This document shows, in pieces, positions 18,636 to 26,998 of a stretch of DNA of 64,000 nucleotides. This DNA comes from a virus. The stretch covers positions 95,387-159,386 of IMG/VR virus record IMGVR_UViG_3300005573_001166, one strand, 5' to 3'. Made by a program: the position numbers and the translations under genes. The notes beneath the pieces were generated by a model that made no database searches, was not told the origin of the DNA, and was given only the letters and a program-made list of their open reading frames with translations. The number at the start of each line of letters is the position of its first letter. The first letter of the stretch is position 1.

Positions 18636-19314
18636 TCCTAAATTAGTAGGTTCTAACGTAATAGATTGTATACCTGTTGCAGGTAGGTGTCCCAACAACT
18701 GCAACCCTTGCTTCTATAATGAAGGGGAATTTTTTCATGATATAAACGAGCCTTTGATTCCTACATTAGAGGAGGTAGGAGATAAGATAGTAAGGGTTAA
18801 TTCAGGTAGAGACTCTACTATAGATTTTGAGGAAGTCATACAAAAAACCAAACAGTATCCAAAAAAATTTTACAATACTAGCTTAAGTGATAAGATTACA
18901 GAATTTCCTGCTCCTGTAGTATTTACATGTAACAGGAAGAACCACTTAGTTACTCTTTTGCTTAAAAATACGAACCTTATGTTTGTAAGAGTTAGAACTG
19001 CTTATTGGAATACAGACATTGTAAATATTGCAGTAGAGCATTATACTAGCATGGGGATACCGGTAGTATTAACTTTTTTATACTTTAGCGATAGGCATAT
19101 AGGCAACTCATTTCCAATAGAGCACTTAGATAAATATGAGAAAGTAAAACACGTAGTAAACGATAGGTATTTTATCAAACCGGAGTATTGGAAGCAGATA
19201 GTAAGTAGATACAAAAACAAGTCAGATGTTTATACTTGCGGTACGTTAAAAGACCACACATGTAAAAGTTGCAGAAACTGCGAACGACTATACTACAGAT
19301 ATACAGGGGGGTGA
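18625..19314 (+). CDS. Radical-SAM-like Fe-S protein
   Basis: CxxxCxxC (CPNNCNPCFY) near the N-terminus and a second Cys cluster (TCGTLKDHTCKSCRNC) at the C-terminus. The ORF track starts at 18607. Confidence 0.6.
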   Translation: MIHNPKLVGSNVIDCIPVAGRCPNNCNPCFYNEGEFFHDINEPLIPTLEEVGDKIVRVNSGRDSTIDFEEVIQKTKQYPKKFYNTSLSDKITEFPAPVVFTCNRKNHLVTLLLKNTNLMFVRVRTAYWNTDIVNIAVEHYTSMGIPVVLTFLYFSDRHIGNSFPIEHLDKYEKVKHVVNDRYFIKPEYWKQIVSRYKNKSDVYTCGTLKDHTCKSCRNCERLYYRYTGG

Positions 19315-19320
19315 TCACTT

Positions 19321-20115
19321 TTGGAGTTTATATACGTAAACGATAATTGGCCTTTTAGAGTTCAAACATATGAACCTGATGGCACTGCTATTACGGTAGA
19401 CTCTGCTACTGTAACTATCACTAAACTAGAGACTATGGAAAAGGTAGTAGACGGAGCTGCTGCAACAATACATTCGGGGTATGTAGAGTATATAGTAACG
19501 AATACGATTACTTCGGAAACGGGCAACTATATAATAGACTGGAATATAACTTTAGGAGACGTAACAAAAAGCTATAGAGAAGTCTTTCAAGTTATAGAGG
19601 TGCCTCAATATTCCTTAAAAGAGATGTCCCTTATAAATGCTTTAGCAATACGATTGAAAGATAACAGGCCTGTTTTATACAGAGTAGACGAACAAGAGAG
19701 AAAATGGCATGATGAGGAGTTATATAGTTTCTTGTATTATGCAATAGCAGATTTCAATGGTACACCTCCAGCATGGACCAATTATGGGTTTGAGGATCTG
19801 CCCCCCCAAGTATACGGAATTATATTACTAGGAGCACAAATAGCAGCAATTATAGCAGAAGCAACCTTACAAGCTGCAAACGATTTTAGCTATAATGATA
19901 ATGGATTAACCGTCACACTTTCTAGATCAGGACATTATATGCAAGTAGCAAATGCTTTATGGAACATGTGGCTACAACAAGTACCCAAGATAAAGAGATA
20001 TTTAGGATTCGAGCTGACGCATTTTGTAGGAGTAAAAACACAAAGAATGCCGGTAAGTGTAAGAAGACCTCTAAGTATGCTACCCCATTTAGAGTCCGTT
20101 TTCTCTATGAGTTAA
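19321..20115 (+). CDS. Probable head-tail connector/adaptor with an N-terminal Ig-like domain
   Basis: Beta-rich N-terminus, then a helical domain (DEELYSFL..AIADFN, FSYNDNGLTVTL); lies upstream of the neck/tail genes. Confidence 0.55.
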   Translation: MEFIYVNDNWPFRVQTYEPDGTAITVDSATVTITKLETMEKVVDGAAATIHSGYVEYIVTNTITSETGNYIIDWNITLGDVTKSYREVFQVIEVPQYSLKEMSLINALAIRLKDNRPVLYRVDEQERKWHDEELYSFLYYAIADFNGTPPAWTNYGFEDLPPQVYGIILLGAQIAAIIAEATLQAANDFSYNDNGLTVTLSRSGHYMQVANALWNMWLQQVPKIKRYLGFELTHFVGVKTQRMPVSVRRPLSMLPHLESVFSMS

Positions 20116-20117
20116 AG

Positions 20118-20260
20118 AAAAACGGCCTATTCCCCCCTATAAAGGCCTTATTACGAATTTGTAGGTAAATATATACCCACCTACAAGAAAGTAAGTTATA
20201 GGGGGGAATAGGTGGGTTATAGGGGGGATTAAAAGACAACCCCTCCCCGTTTTAAGGTTA
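20118..20260. repeat. Dispersed palindromic intergenic element, copy B
   Basis: GGCCTATTCCCCCCTATAAAGGCC at 20124-20147 is the reverse complement of the copy A/C motif and pairs with TTATAGGGGGGAATAGG at 20196-20212. Confidence 0.8.
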
Positions 20261-20419
20261 AAAGGTAAAAATTTGAGATTTACTGTTATTTTAGAAAACA
20301 CTTTTTAACACGGAAAGCATGTAAAGCAACCGGAACTGACCTATGCAAACAGGAAGCTTAGGTTGAGCAGACAGTTGAAAGCACCTACAGTCAATCTTAA
20401 GGTTCAAACGTAGCAGCAA

Positions 20420-21190
20420 AGGGGGGTAGACAATTTTTTGTTGAAATTTTGGCAGACGCTGCCCCGTTAAGCCCTTATAAATAAAGGGCTGCCCCCCCGA
20501 TTTTCGGTACCTATAAGCCTATAAGCCTATAAGAAAATTCCTTTTTTCTTTTTTTTCTTTTTTTGTTTATTTTTTTTATTTTTTTAATAATATATAAAAA
20601 ATATATATAAATATATATAAAAAATTTAAAAAATAACTTATATACCTATGTAAACAGTAGAAAAAAAAGATCTAATTTTTTCACAAAAATTTTTTAAAAA
20701 AAATTTTTATAAAAAAACTATCTCTTTTTTTTCTCCTATTTACATCTGTTGCTTCGCAACAGGACACGCAGGGAGAAGCTCTTTATTTATAAGGGTTTTG
20801 TCAATCAATTTTAGTCGTATTTTTCGATTTGGTATAAACCCTCAAACCTTTTATTTATGTAGTATTTAACAGGCAGACAGTAAGTGGTAAGATTTATAGG
20901 TGGTAGACATTTCTCGATTTGGCATAAAACTTCTGTGAGTCCTTTATTTACGTAGTATTTAGCAGGCAGACATTTTTCTGGTAGACATTTGTGGGCATTC
21001 TTGGTTTTCGGTATAAAAACTCTTGTAAGCCTTTTATTTACATAGTATTTGTCAAATGTTGGAATAGGACACGCAACTGGATAGACATTTTCCGGTAGAC
21101 ATTTCTCGATTTCGGTATAAACTTTTGTAAGCTTTTTATTTACGTAGTATTTAGCAGGCAGACATTTTGGTAAGACATTCTTTGGTCTGC
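20420..21190. other. Candidate replication origin: AT-rich core, inverted repeat and iteron-like direct repeats
   Basis: (CCTATAAG)x3 at 20510-20533; A/T tracts at 20534-20740; 15-bp inverted repeat at 20472-20486/20781-20795. Four degenerate repeats with core TTATTTAyrTAGTATTT at 20851, 20944, 21034 and 21136; many GTAGACA/GCAGACA units. Confidence 0.55.
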
Positions 21191-21204
21191 GGAGGTAGAG
21201 GTAT

Positions 21205-21729
21205 ATGAGTGTACCTGTAGCAGCAAATGCTGTTGTATCTCCTAGTTCATTTCAGATAGGAGACACTGTTACAGCTTCTTATACATACTCAGGAGATCCA
21301 GAATCAGGTACTTTAATTAGGTGGTATAAGAACAATATACATCAGAGGTCTCTAGACAATAAACGTTCTTTTGTTGTTTCTGGTGTTAGAGGGGATGTTT
21401 TCTACTTTACTGTTACTCCTTGCGATGGAACCCAGTATGGGAGTACTGTTGTCTCTGCAGTAGGTATAATGAAAAACAATCCTCCTCCGGATGTGTCTTG
21501 GGTAGAAATAATACCTCATACTCCAGTAGCAGGTGTTGACGATTTGAAGGTATTTCATGAAGAGGTAGAAGATCCTGATGGAGATAAGGTGATATACCAT
21601 TATAAGTGGTATAAAAACGGTATAGAGTTGACTGATTATGAAGATAAAACGACTATTCCCTATACCGAGGTCTCCGAGGGAGATGTGTTTACAGTAGAGG
21701 TAGCTACTACAGATAACTACGAGGGGTGA
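21205..21729 (+). CDS. Tandem Ig-like domain virion protein
   Basis: Two repeats with WYKN..; IGDTVTASYTY, FTVTPCDG / FTVEVATTD. Confidence 0.65.
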   Translation: MSVPVAANAVVSPSSFQIGDTVTASYTYSGDPESGTLIRWYKNNIHQRSLDNKRSFVVSGVRGDVFYFTVTPCDGTQYGSTVVSAVGIMKNNPPPDVSWVEIIPHTPVAGVDDLKVFHEEVEDPDGDKVIYHYKWYKNGIELTDYEDKTTIPYTEVSEGDVFTVEVATTDNYEG

Positions 21730-22667
21730 TTTTAATGCCTATCTGGTTGCAGGACAATATGCTATCTACTATTAGATACTTTAATAGGTTTATAAGCATG
21801 CAATCAGCAGAATGCTGCTACCTACTTTTTAGACGTTGGTCTGGAGACATGGTCTCAAATACGGTTACCTCTTATAGGTATAATACCTACTATAAATGCT
21901 ATGAATTCGATTTGTATACTCCTACAAACCCACCTTCCGGTGGAAAGCCTAGACTTCCTTCTATTCGCATTTTTTTAGATGGAGAAGAAATGGTACCTGT
22001 TCCATCTTTTAATGATGTTACCTCCGAAAATCAGTTTTGGTGCGAGGTAGGAAAAGGCACTCCTAAAAGCAAAGAAGGGGAGGGGAATATTATCATAGGC
22101 TTTAAACCTGGTTTCGATCCTAGAAGTCATATTGTTACTTATATTTACGAAGAGGTGTGTCATTGTATAGAAGCAGAAGAACAGAACTTTCACCCTCTTT
22201 CTACCTGTACTACTTGTTATGGTACAGGTTATGTAGGTGGTTATACGCAATATACATGCCCCCCTTTAATAGAAGGAGGTAGGGTTATACGCCCTGCAAA
22301 CACTATACTAGTAAGGTTTCCACTTGCAAGTGAGACTGCTAGAGTGGGTAAGTATGGAATAGAGGTAAGAACTCAAAGAAAGAGTTGGGCAGTAGTATCT
22401 CCTTTGTTACATGATTGGGATGTTATAGTTAGGCCTAGAGCATTCGGAGCTCCTTATAACATTGATCCTACTACTCTAGCTATTCCAGATGAGAGGTATG
22501 CTGTAGTAGAGTGGGAGCATTCAAGTACAAGAGCATCTTATAGCCTACCTCTAAAAGAGCAACCTGGAGCATATGCTGTAGATAAAGGGGTTACATTACA
22601 TCAAAAGTTTATACTTAATGAATATCAACCTGCACATATTATCTATCAGGTACCAATAACTACATAG
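21726..22667 (+). CDS. Neck/head-closure protein with a Cys zinc-finger
   Basis: CHC...CTTCYGTGYVGGY; SPLLHDWDVIV; position before the tail genes. Confidence 0.6.
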   Translation: MILMPIWLQDNMLSTIRYFNRFISMQSAECCYLLFRRWSGDMVSNTVTSYRYNTYYKCYEFDLYTPTNPPSGGKPRLPSIRIFLDGEEMVPVPSFNDVTSENQFWCEVGKGTPKSKEGEGNIIIGFKPGFDPRSHIVTYIYEEVCHCIEAEEQNFHPLSTCTTCYGTGYVGGYTQYTCPPLIEGGRVIRPANTILVRFPLASETARVGKYGIEVRTQRKSWAVVSPLLHDWDVIVRPRAFGAPYNIDPTTLAIPDERYAVVEWEHSSTRASYSLPLKEQPGAYAVDKGVTLHQKFILNEYQPAHIIYQVPITT

Positions 22668-22678
22668 GGGATGTTAAG

Positions 22679-23170
22679 ATGGGTGCTGCTGGTTTTTTAG
22701 GTTCGATTGCTAGAGCTGTTGTAGGAGAAGCTGCTGCAGAGGAAGCAACTCTCGGTGGGCTACTTGGAAGAGTGTTGGGTAGTGACGGTAGTATAAAGGA
22801 TGCAGGTAATATAGTAAATCAGTTTATTGGGGAAGGAAAGGTTCCGCCCATTTCCTTTAGTGTCGAAGAGTACCCCAAAGAGCTTGAGAATCTAGGTGAT
22901 CCTGTTAAGATAGATGAAGGACTTAACCTTTGGAAGGAGCAGCTGATTCAAGAAATATATTCACAATTTTCGGAAGGTACGAATAAGAGATCTATACCTT
23001 TTTCAGTTAACGCCGATGTGTCTGGAAATAAAATAAATATATATATATCCAAGTCTCCTGCTGTCAGACAAAGTTTGGATATAAGCAGCATATTACTTGC
23101 AGTCTTAAAGGCTCGTAAAATTACTATAGGTGATATTTTTGTCGCTATTGCTACTTCGGGTCTTTTTTAA
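22679..23170 (+). CDS. Hypothetical protein (neck region)
   Basis: RBS and position only. Confidence 0.5.
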   Translation: MGAAGFLGSIARAVVGEAAAEEATLGGLLGRVLGSDGSIKDAGNIVNQFIGEGKVPPISFSVEEYPKELENLGDPVKIDEGLNLWKEQLIQEIYSQFSEGTNKRSIPFSVNADVSGNKINIYISKSPAVRQSLDISSILLAVLKARKITIGDIFVAIATSGLF

Positions 23171-23193
23171 GTAGTTATAAGAGGAATGATAAG

Positions 23194-23913
23194 ATGGCTT
23201 TTTATAGATTTACAAGAGCTTGTAGAAATATTATAGTAGAGTATCTTCGTTCTCAGTTGCAGGAAGGCGGAGAGCATTTTGATGGCAGTGAATATGTAAC
23301 ATTGCCGGAAGTAACTGTATCAGATGTATATAGGTACGATCCTAGAAAGTTACCTGCAGTTGTTACAGATATTGCAACAGGAGGTACCAGAACATTAGCG
23401 TTTAATCAACAGGTCGGACAATACGTAGATACCTATGGAATTTACGGAGAAAGAGGGCAGTCTTATATAGCATATGGAGGTAGGGGAGATTTTGATATAA
23501 ATTTGCATTGCATAGCTAACGATAGAGAGACTATGGAAAAGCTAACAGATCTCGTAGCTTTTACATTAGTTATAGGGATGGGTTGGATTTATTATAATAA
23601 GCATATACTTTTAAGGGAGGTGAGATTTGGAGGGGACGGGGTAGATGATAAGGTGGGGCAAGAGCCTGTATACTTTGGTAATCTAGTTGTCCCTGCAACA
23701 GCAGATTGGCGGTTAATAATGCCTAGAGATACAATATCTAAAGTAGATATAGATGTTGATCTAGTTACACCTGATGATCCCTTTACAGATCCAAATAATG
23801 TAGTTCCTGGATCCATAACCCCTATAGACCTTACGTCTAATATAGGGAAGATAACAGAGGATCAGAGTTTAAATAGTAAAAATCCGCCGTTAAGACCTAT
23901 GCGGCGTAGATAA
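23194..23913 (+). CDS. Probable tail completion/terminator protein
   Basis: Immediately upstream of the sheath; KLPAVV..., DINLHCIANDRETMEKLTDLV pattern. Confidence 0.55.
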   Translation: MAFYRFTRACRNIIVEYLRSQLQEGGEHFDGSEYVTLPEVTVSDVYRYDPRKLPAVVTDIATGGTRTLAFNQQVGQYVDTYGIYGERGQSYIAYGGRGDFDINLHCIANDRETMEKLTDLVAFTLVIGMGWIYYNKHILLREVRFGGDGVDDKVGQEPVYFGNLVVPATADWRLIMPRDTISKVDIDVDLVTPDDPFTDPNNVVPGSITPIDLTSNIGKITEDQSLNSKNPPLRPMRRR

Positions 23914-23931
23914 TGTTAGGAGGTTATAAGA

Positions 23932-25365
23932 ATGGCTTCGTTTTATCGTCCACCAGGTGTGTATCCGGAATTAGTTCCTTCTCCTCAAGCAGTACAACTA
24001 GGATTATTTGCTAGAGTACCTGTCTTTATAGGAAGGGGACAGAATTCTATTACTACAACAGAAAGAATAACTAAAGCAGCAGCAGGATATGGACCAGATG
24101 TCCTTTCATATGAAGTTGCTTCTGTTGATGGCGAGTATCAAATAACAAGTGTAGGAGATTACCCAAATCAAATAAGATATGTACAAGGAACTGATTTCGA
24201 GGTAGTAGATGTAGATGGTTCCCCTAAAGGCATATCTTGGCTTGGTGCTAAGGCTCCAGATGACGGTGACTACTACTATATTACATACAAAAGGCCTGTA
24301 GATAGCTCTCAGTATGAATATAAATTGTATACGGATGCAAATGAGCTTGTAGCAGTACATGGAGAAGAGACTACAGACAATGAAGTTTCTGTAGCAGGTG
24401 TGTTAGCTCTAAGGAATGGAGCTCCTGCAGTAGGTATCATACAGTTAAATACTACCAGTACAGATCCTGATGATTTATATGCTGCATATGAAGATACTAT
24501 TCCTATACTAGAGCAGCTAGATACTTCTTATTGTAGATTTATAGTTCCCACTACCTGCATAGGAGATGGTACAACTCCCAGTGATCCTGATATCTTCAGT
24601 TTATTTTATGATCATATTAGTGATATGAGTAATACTTATAATAGAAGATGGAGGGCACTTATTAGAGGTATAAGAGCTCAGACAGATGCTACTAATTCTA
24701 CAGTAAGGCAGGATCTCGTAACTTTAGGTACCAGCTATTCGGGAACGCAGCATGCTAGAAGAGTAATAGTAGTAGCTCCAGGTGAAATATATAGAGTACT
24801 TAGGGATCCTACTACGGGTGTATATTCTAGCACTCTCTTAGGTGGTTGGGCTTTAGCTGCTGCTGCTGCGGGTAGAATATGCAGTGATTACAATCCTTCC
24901 ACTCCATTGACACGGAAGCAGGTAGTAGGTATATCTACTGACAGGGTATTTTCTGAGAGCGATATGAATATACTAGCAGGTACAGGAAGTGTGACCGTGT
25001 TTTCTTATAAGGGAGCTAATCTTATATGCAGGCATGGCATAACTACCGATAAGACTAATGCAAACACTCAAGAAATATCCGTAGTAGAGGTGGAGGACTT
25101 TATAAAAATACAGACAATATATGTATTGGAAGACTCTTTTATTGGTACTCCTATAATAGAAGGGTTAACTGATACAGTTAGAGTAGTTATAGCAAGTCTT
25201 TTAGAGCAGCTTATTTTACAAGCTATTATAGCGGATTATGACTCGGGATCCATAACAGTAACGCAAGATGACAATGATCCAAGAATAATAAATGTGTTTT
25301 TCAGGGTTAAACCCGCTTATCCACTTAACTGGATAGATATAAGGTTCCAGTTCTATACAAAGTGA
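23932..25365 (+). CDS. Contractile tail sheath protein
   Basis: YRPPGVY start, PLTRKQVVG, CRHGITT, EISVVEVEDF, INVFFRVKPAYPLNWIDIRF. Confidence 0.92.
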   Translation: MASFYRPPGVYPELVPSPQAVQLGLFARVPVFIGRGQNSITTTERITKAAAGYGPDVLSYEVASVDGEYQITSVGDYPNQIRYVQGTDFEVVDVDGSPKGISWLGAKAPDDGDYYYITYKRPVDSSQYEYKLYTDANELVAVHGEETTDNEVSVAGVLALRNGAPAVGIIQLNTTSTDPDDLYAAYEDTIPILEQLDTSYCRFIVPTTCIGDGTTPSDPDIFSLFYDHISDMSNTYNRRWRALIRGIRAQTDATNSTVRQDLVTLGTSYSGTQHARRVIVVAPGEIYRVLRDPTTGVYSSTLLGGWALAAAAAGRICSDYNPSTPLTRKQVVGISTDRVFSESDMNILAGTGSVTVFSYKGANLICRHGITTDKTNANTQEISVVEVEDFIKIQTIYVLEDSFIGTPIIEGLTDTVRVVIASLLEQLILQAIIADYDSGSITVTQDDNDPRIINVFFRVKPAYPLNWIDIRFQFYTK

Positions 25366-25424
25366 GTTGTATGCTCCTTGTATAGTTTAGAGTTATTTGT
25401 GTATTTTTTTTATAAAGGTGAGCC

Positions 25425-25460
25425 GTACTTTAGGTTGTCCTGACCTAAAGTACTTATATT
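25425..25460 (+). terminator. Stem-loop between sheath and tube genes (terminator or mRNA stabiliser)
   Basis: GTACTTTAGGT-tgtcctg-ACCTAAAGTAC, followed by TTATATTTTT. Confidence 0.55.
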
Positions 25461-25479
25461 TTTAAGGAGGTTATATAAA

Positions 25480-26094
25480 ATGCCTTTTCCAAGTACTTTT
25501 ACAGGTTGGAGACCGATGCCTCCTCCTCCAACAGCTTCTAGAGTATATTATGCCTACAGTATTTTAGCTAGAGGGGTTACAGGTAACTATAAAACTGTAG
25601 GTACTTTCCAGCAGTTCAGTCCTTCAAGTACTAGGCAAGTTGTTAGGGTTAGGGGTATAGCTACTTATGGAGGTTATCCTTTTGAACTTGCTCCAGGTCC
25701 TGCAGATACTAGTATTACAGTTAATTATTTAATGTTGTATCTGTTGCCTTTAAACGAGGCATTGGGTTACCAAGTAGGGTCTGTAACGGATCTTAACAGA
25801 CAGCGCGTTCCTTTTGCAATTATGGAAAGGTGTAGGCTTCCTGTAGAAAGTGAGATGACGACCCCTATTTCTGGAGGCTTGCCTTCAAAAATGACTGGAA
25901 ATCAAACATGGGAGGTAAATCTGTACCTAGATTGTTACTTGTCTAATGTAGGTAGAACTATTACTCAGGGAACCGTTACTGTTGCAGAAACAGCTACTAT
26001 TCAAGTAGGTTATGCAGTTGATTCTAAGCATTTTCAGTATGGTCTTACAGGAGAACAGTTTGAAGAGCTAGCCCCCCCTCAAACGGTCAGTTAG
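25480..26094 (+). CDS. Tail tube protein
   Basis: Follows the sheath with a strong RBS (AAGGAGG). VG..QQFSPS..R...RVRGI...ELAPG and Y.DCYLS...RTI...V.E.ATI are typical tube-fold patterns. Confidence 0.8.
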   Translation: MPFPSTFTGWRPMPPPPTASRVYYAYSILARGVTGNYKTVGTFQQFSPSSTRQVVRVRGIATYGGYPFELAPGPADTSITVNYLMLYLLPLNEALGYQVGSVTDLNRQRVPFAIMERCRLPVESEMTTPISGGLPSKMTGNQTWEVNLYLDCYLSNVGRTITQGTVTVAETATIQVGYAVDSKHFQYGLTGEQFEELAPPQTVS

Positions 26095-26109
26095 TAACCT
26101 GGAGGTTTT

Positions 26110-26607
26110 ATGTTAAGTGAGTTATTTTACTCAGAAGAAGAGCAAAATTCTGTAGGTGCTAGGCTCATAGATCTGTACGTACTTCCTTCTAGGGTGTTCA
26201 AGATAACAGTTCCTTCTGCAGTGGGAGGTACTACAGAGATATCTGTTAAGATGCGGCTTTTATGTGATAAAGAGAATCAAGAAGTAGCAAGTATTACAGA
26301 TAACTTTGGTCCTCTATCTAGGATACTTGCTCACAGGAAGCATATCTTAGCAAGAGCAGTAGAGTCTATAGAGGGAGTTCCTATAGAGATGCCTTCTAAA
26401 TTAAAGCAGAGGTACAGGGAAACTATGGGTAGAGATCCTACTCCTGTAGAGGAAAAGTTGTGGGTATTTGATGCCTGCCAAAGTCCCATATTGGAGCAGT
26501 TAATTGAGTGTTATGATGAGTTAAGGAAAGAGCAGCAGAGGTATATAGAGGATCTTAAAAAAAAATCACAAGAGCCCTCGGTAGATCAGTTTCAAGAGAT
26601 GAAGTAA
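26110..26607 (+). CDS. Tail assembly chaperone (gpG-like)
   Basis: Lies between tube and tape measure; ends ...DLKKK over an A9 slippery run. Confidence 0.75.
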   Translation: MLSELFYSEEEQNSVGARLIDLYVLPSRVFKITVPSAVGGTTEISVKMRLLCDKENQEVASITDNFGPLSRILAHRKHILARAVESIEGVPIEMPSKLKQRYRETMGRDPTPVEEKLWVFDACQSPILEQLIECYDELRKEQQRYIEDLKKKSQEPSVDQFQEMK

Positions 26608-26996
26608 TTTTTACTGTTTTAGGTAGGTTTCCTTTTTTGTTAAATGATGTAGGTAGGATGCATGAAAGTCTTTGGTGGTTTTTGTATATTACACTTCTAA
26701 ACGAGGAATCACGTCGCAAGAAAGAAATACTTGATATTATTAATTCTTTACTTCCTTGGTTTAATTTCGATCTATGGAAAGCTGCCAAGGATGCAGAAGC
26801 AAGTAATCAGAATGCAGCTTTTTCGCAGCAGTTTAAAGCTGCTATGCAGGGTAAATATGACATGCCTCTAGATGAATTATTTGTAGGAGAGTCTGATATA
26901 CCCGATGATTATTTTAAACAACTTTTTGAACAGCCTGGAAGTTCAGGACAACCTACTAGTACTATAAAAGATTATCTAGGTAAAAATAAGGAGTAG
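26557..26996 (+). CDS. Frameshift extension of the tail chaperone (gpGT-like), -1 programmed ribosomal frameshift
   Basis: A9 at 26557-26565. The -1 frame is open from there (KKITRALGRSVSRDEVIFTVLGRFPFLLNDVGR...) into ORF 26637..26996, which has no convincing start or RBS of its own. Confidence 0.8.
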
Positions 26997-26998
26997 TT

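Noticed and set aside
20820-21190. Mini CRISPR array
   Set aside because: Repeats are about 55 bp and degenerate, the intervening sequences are themselves built from GTAGACA repeats, and no cas gene is present.
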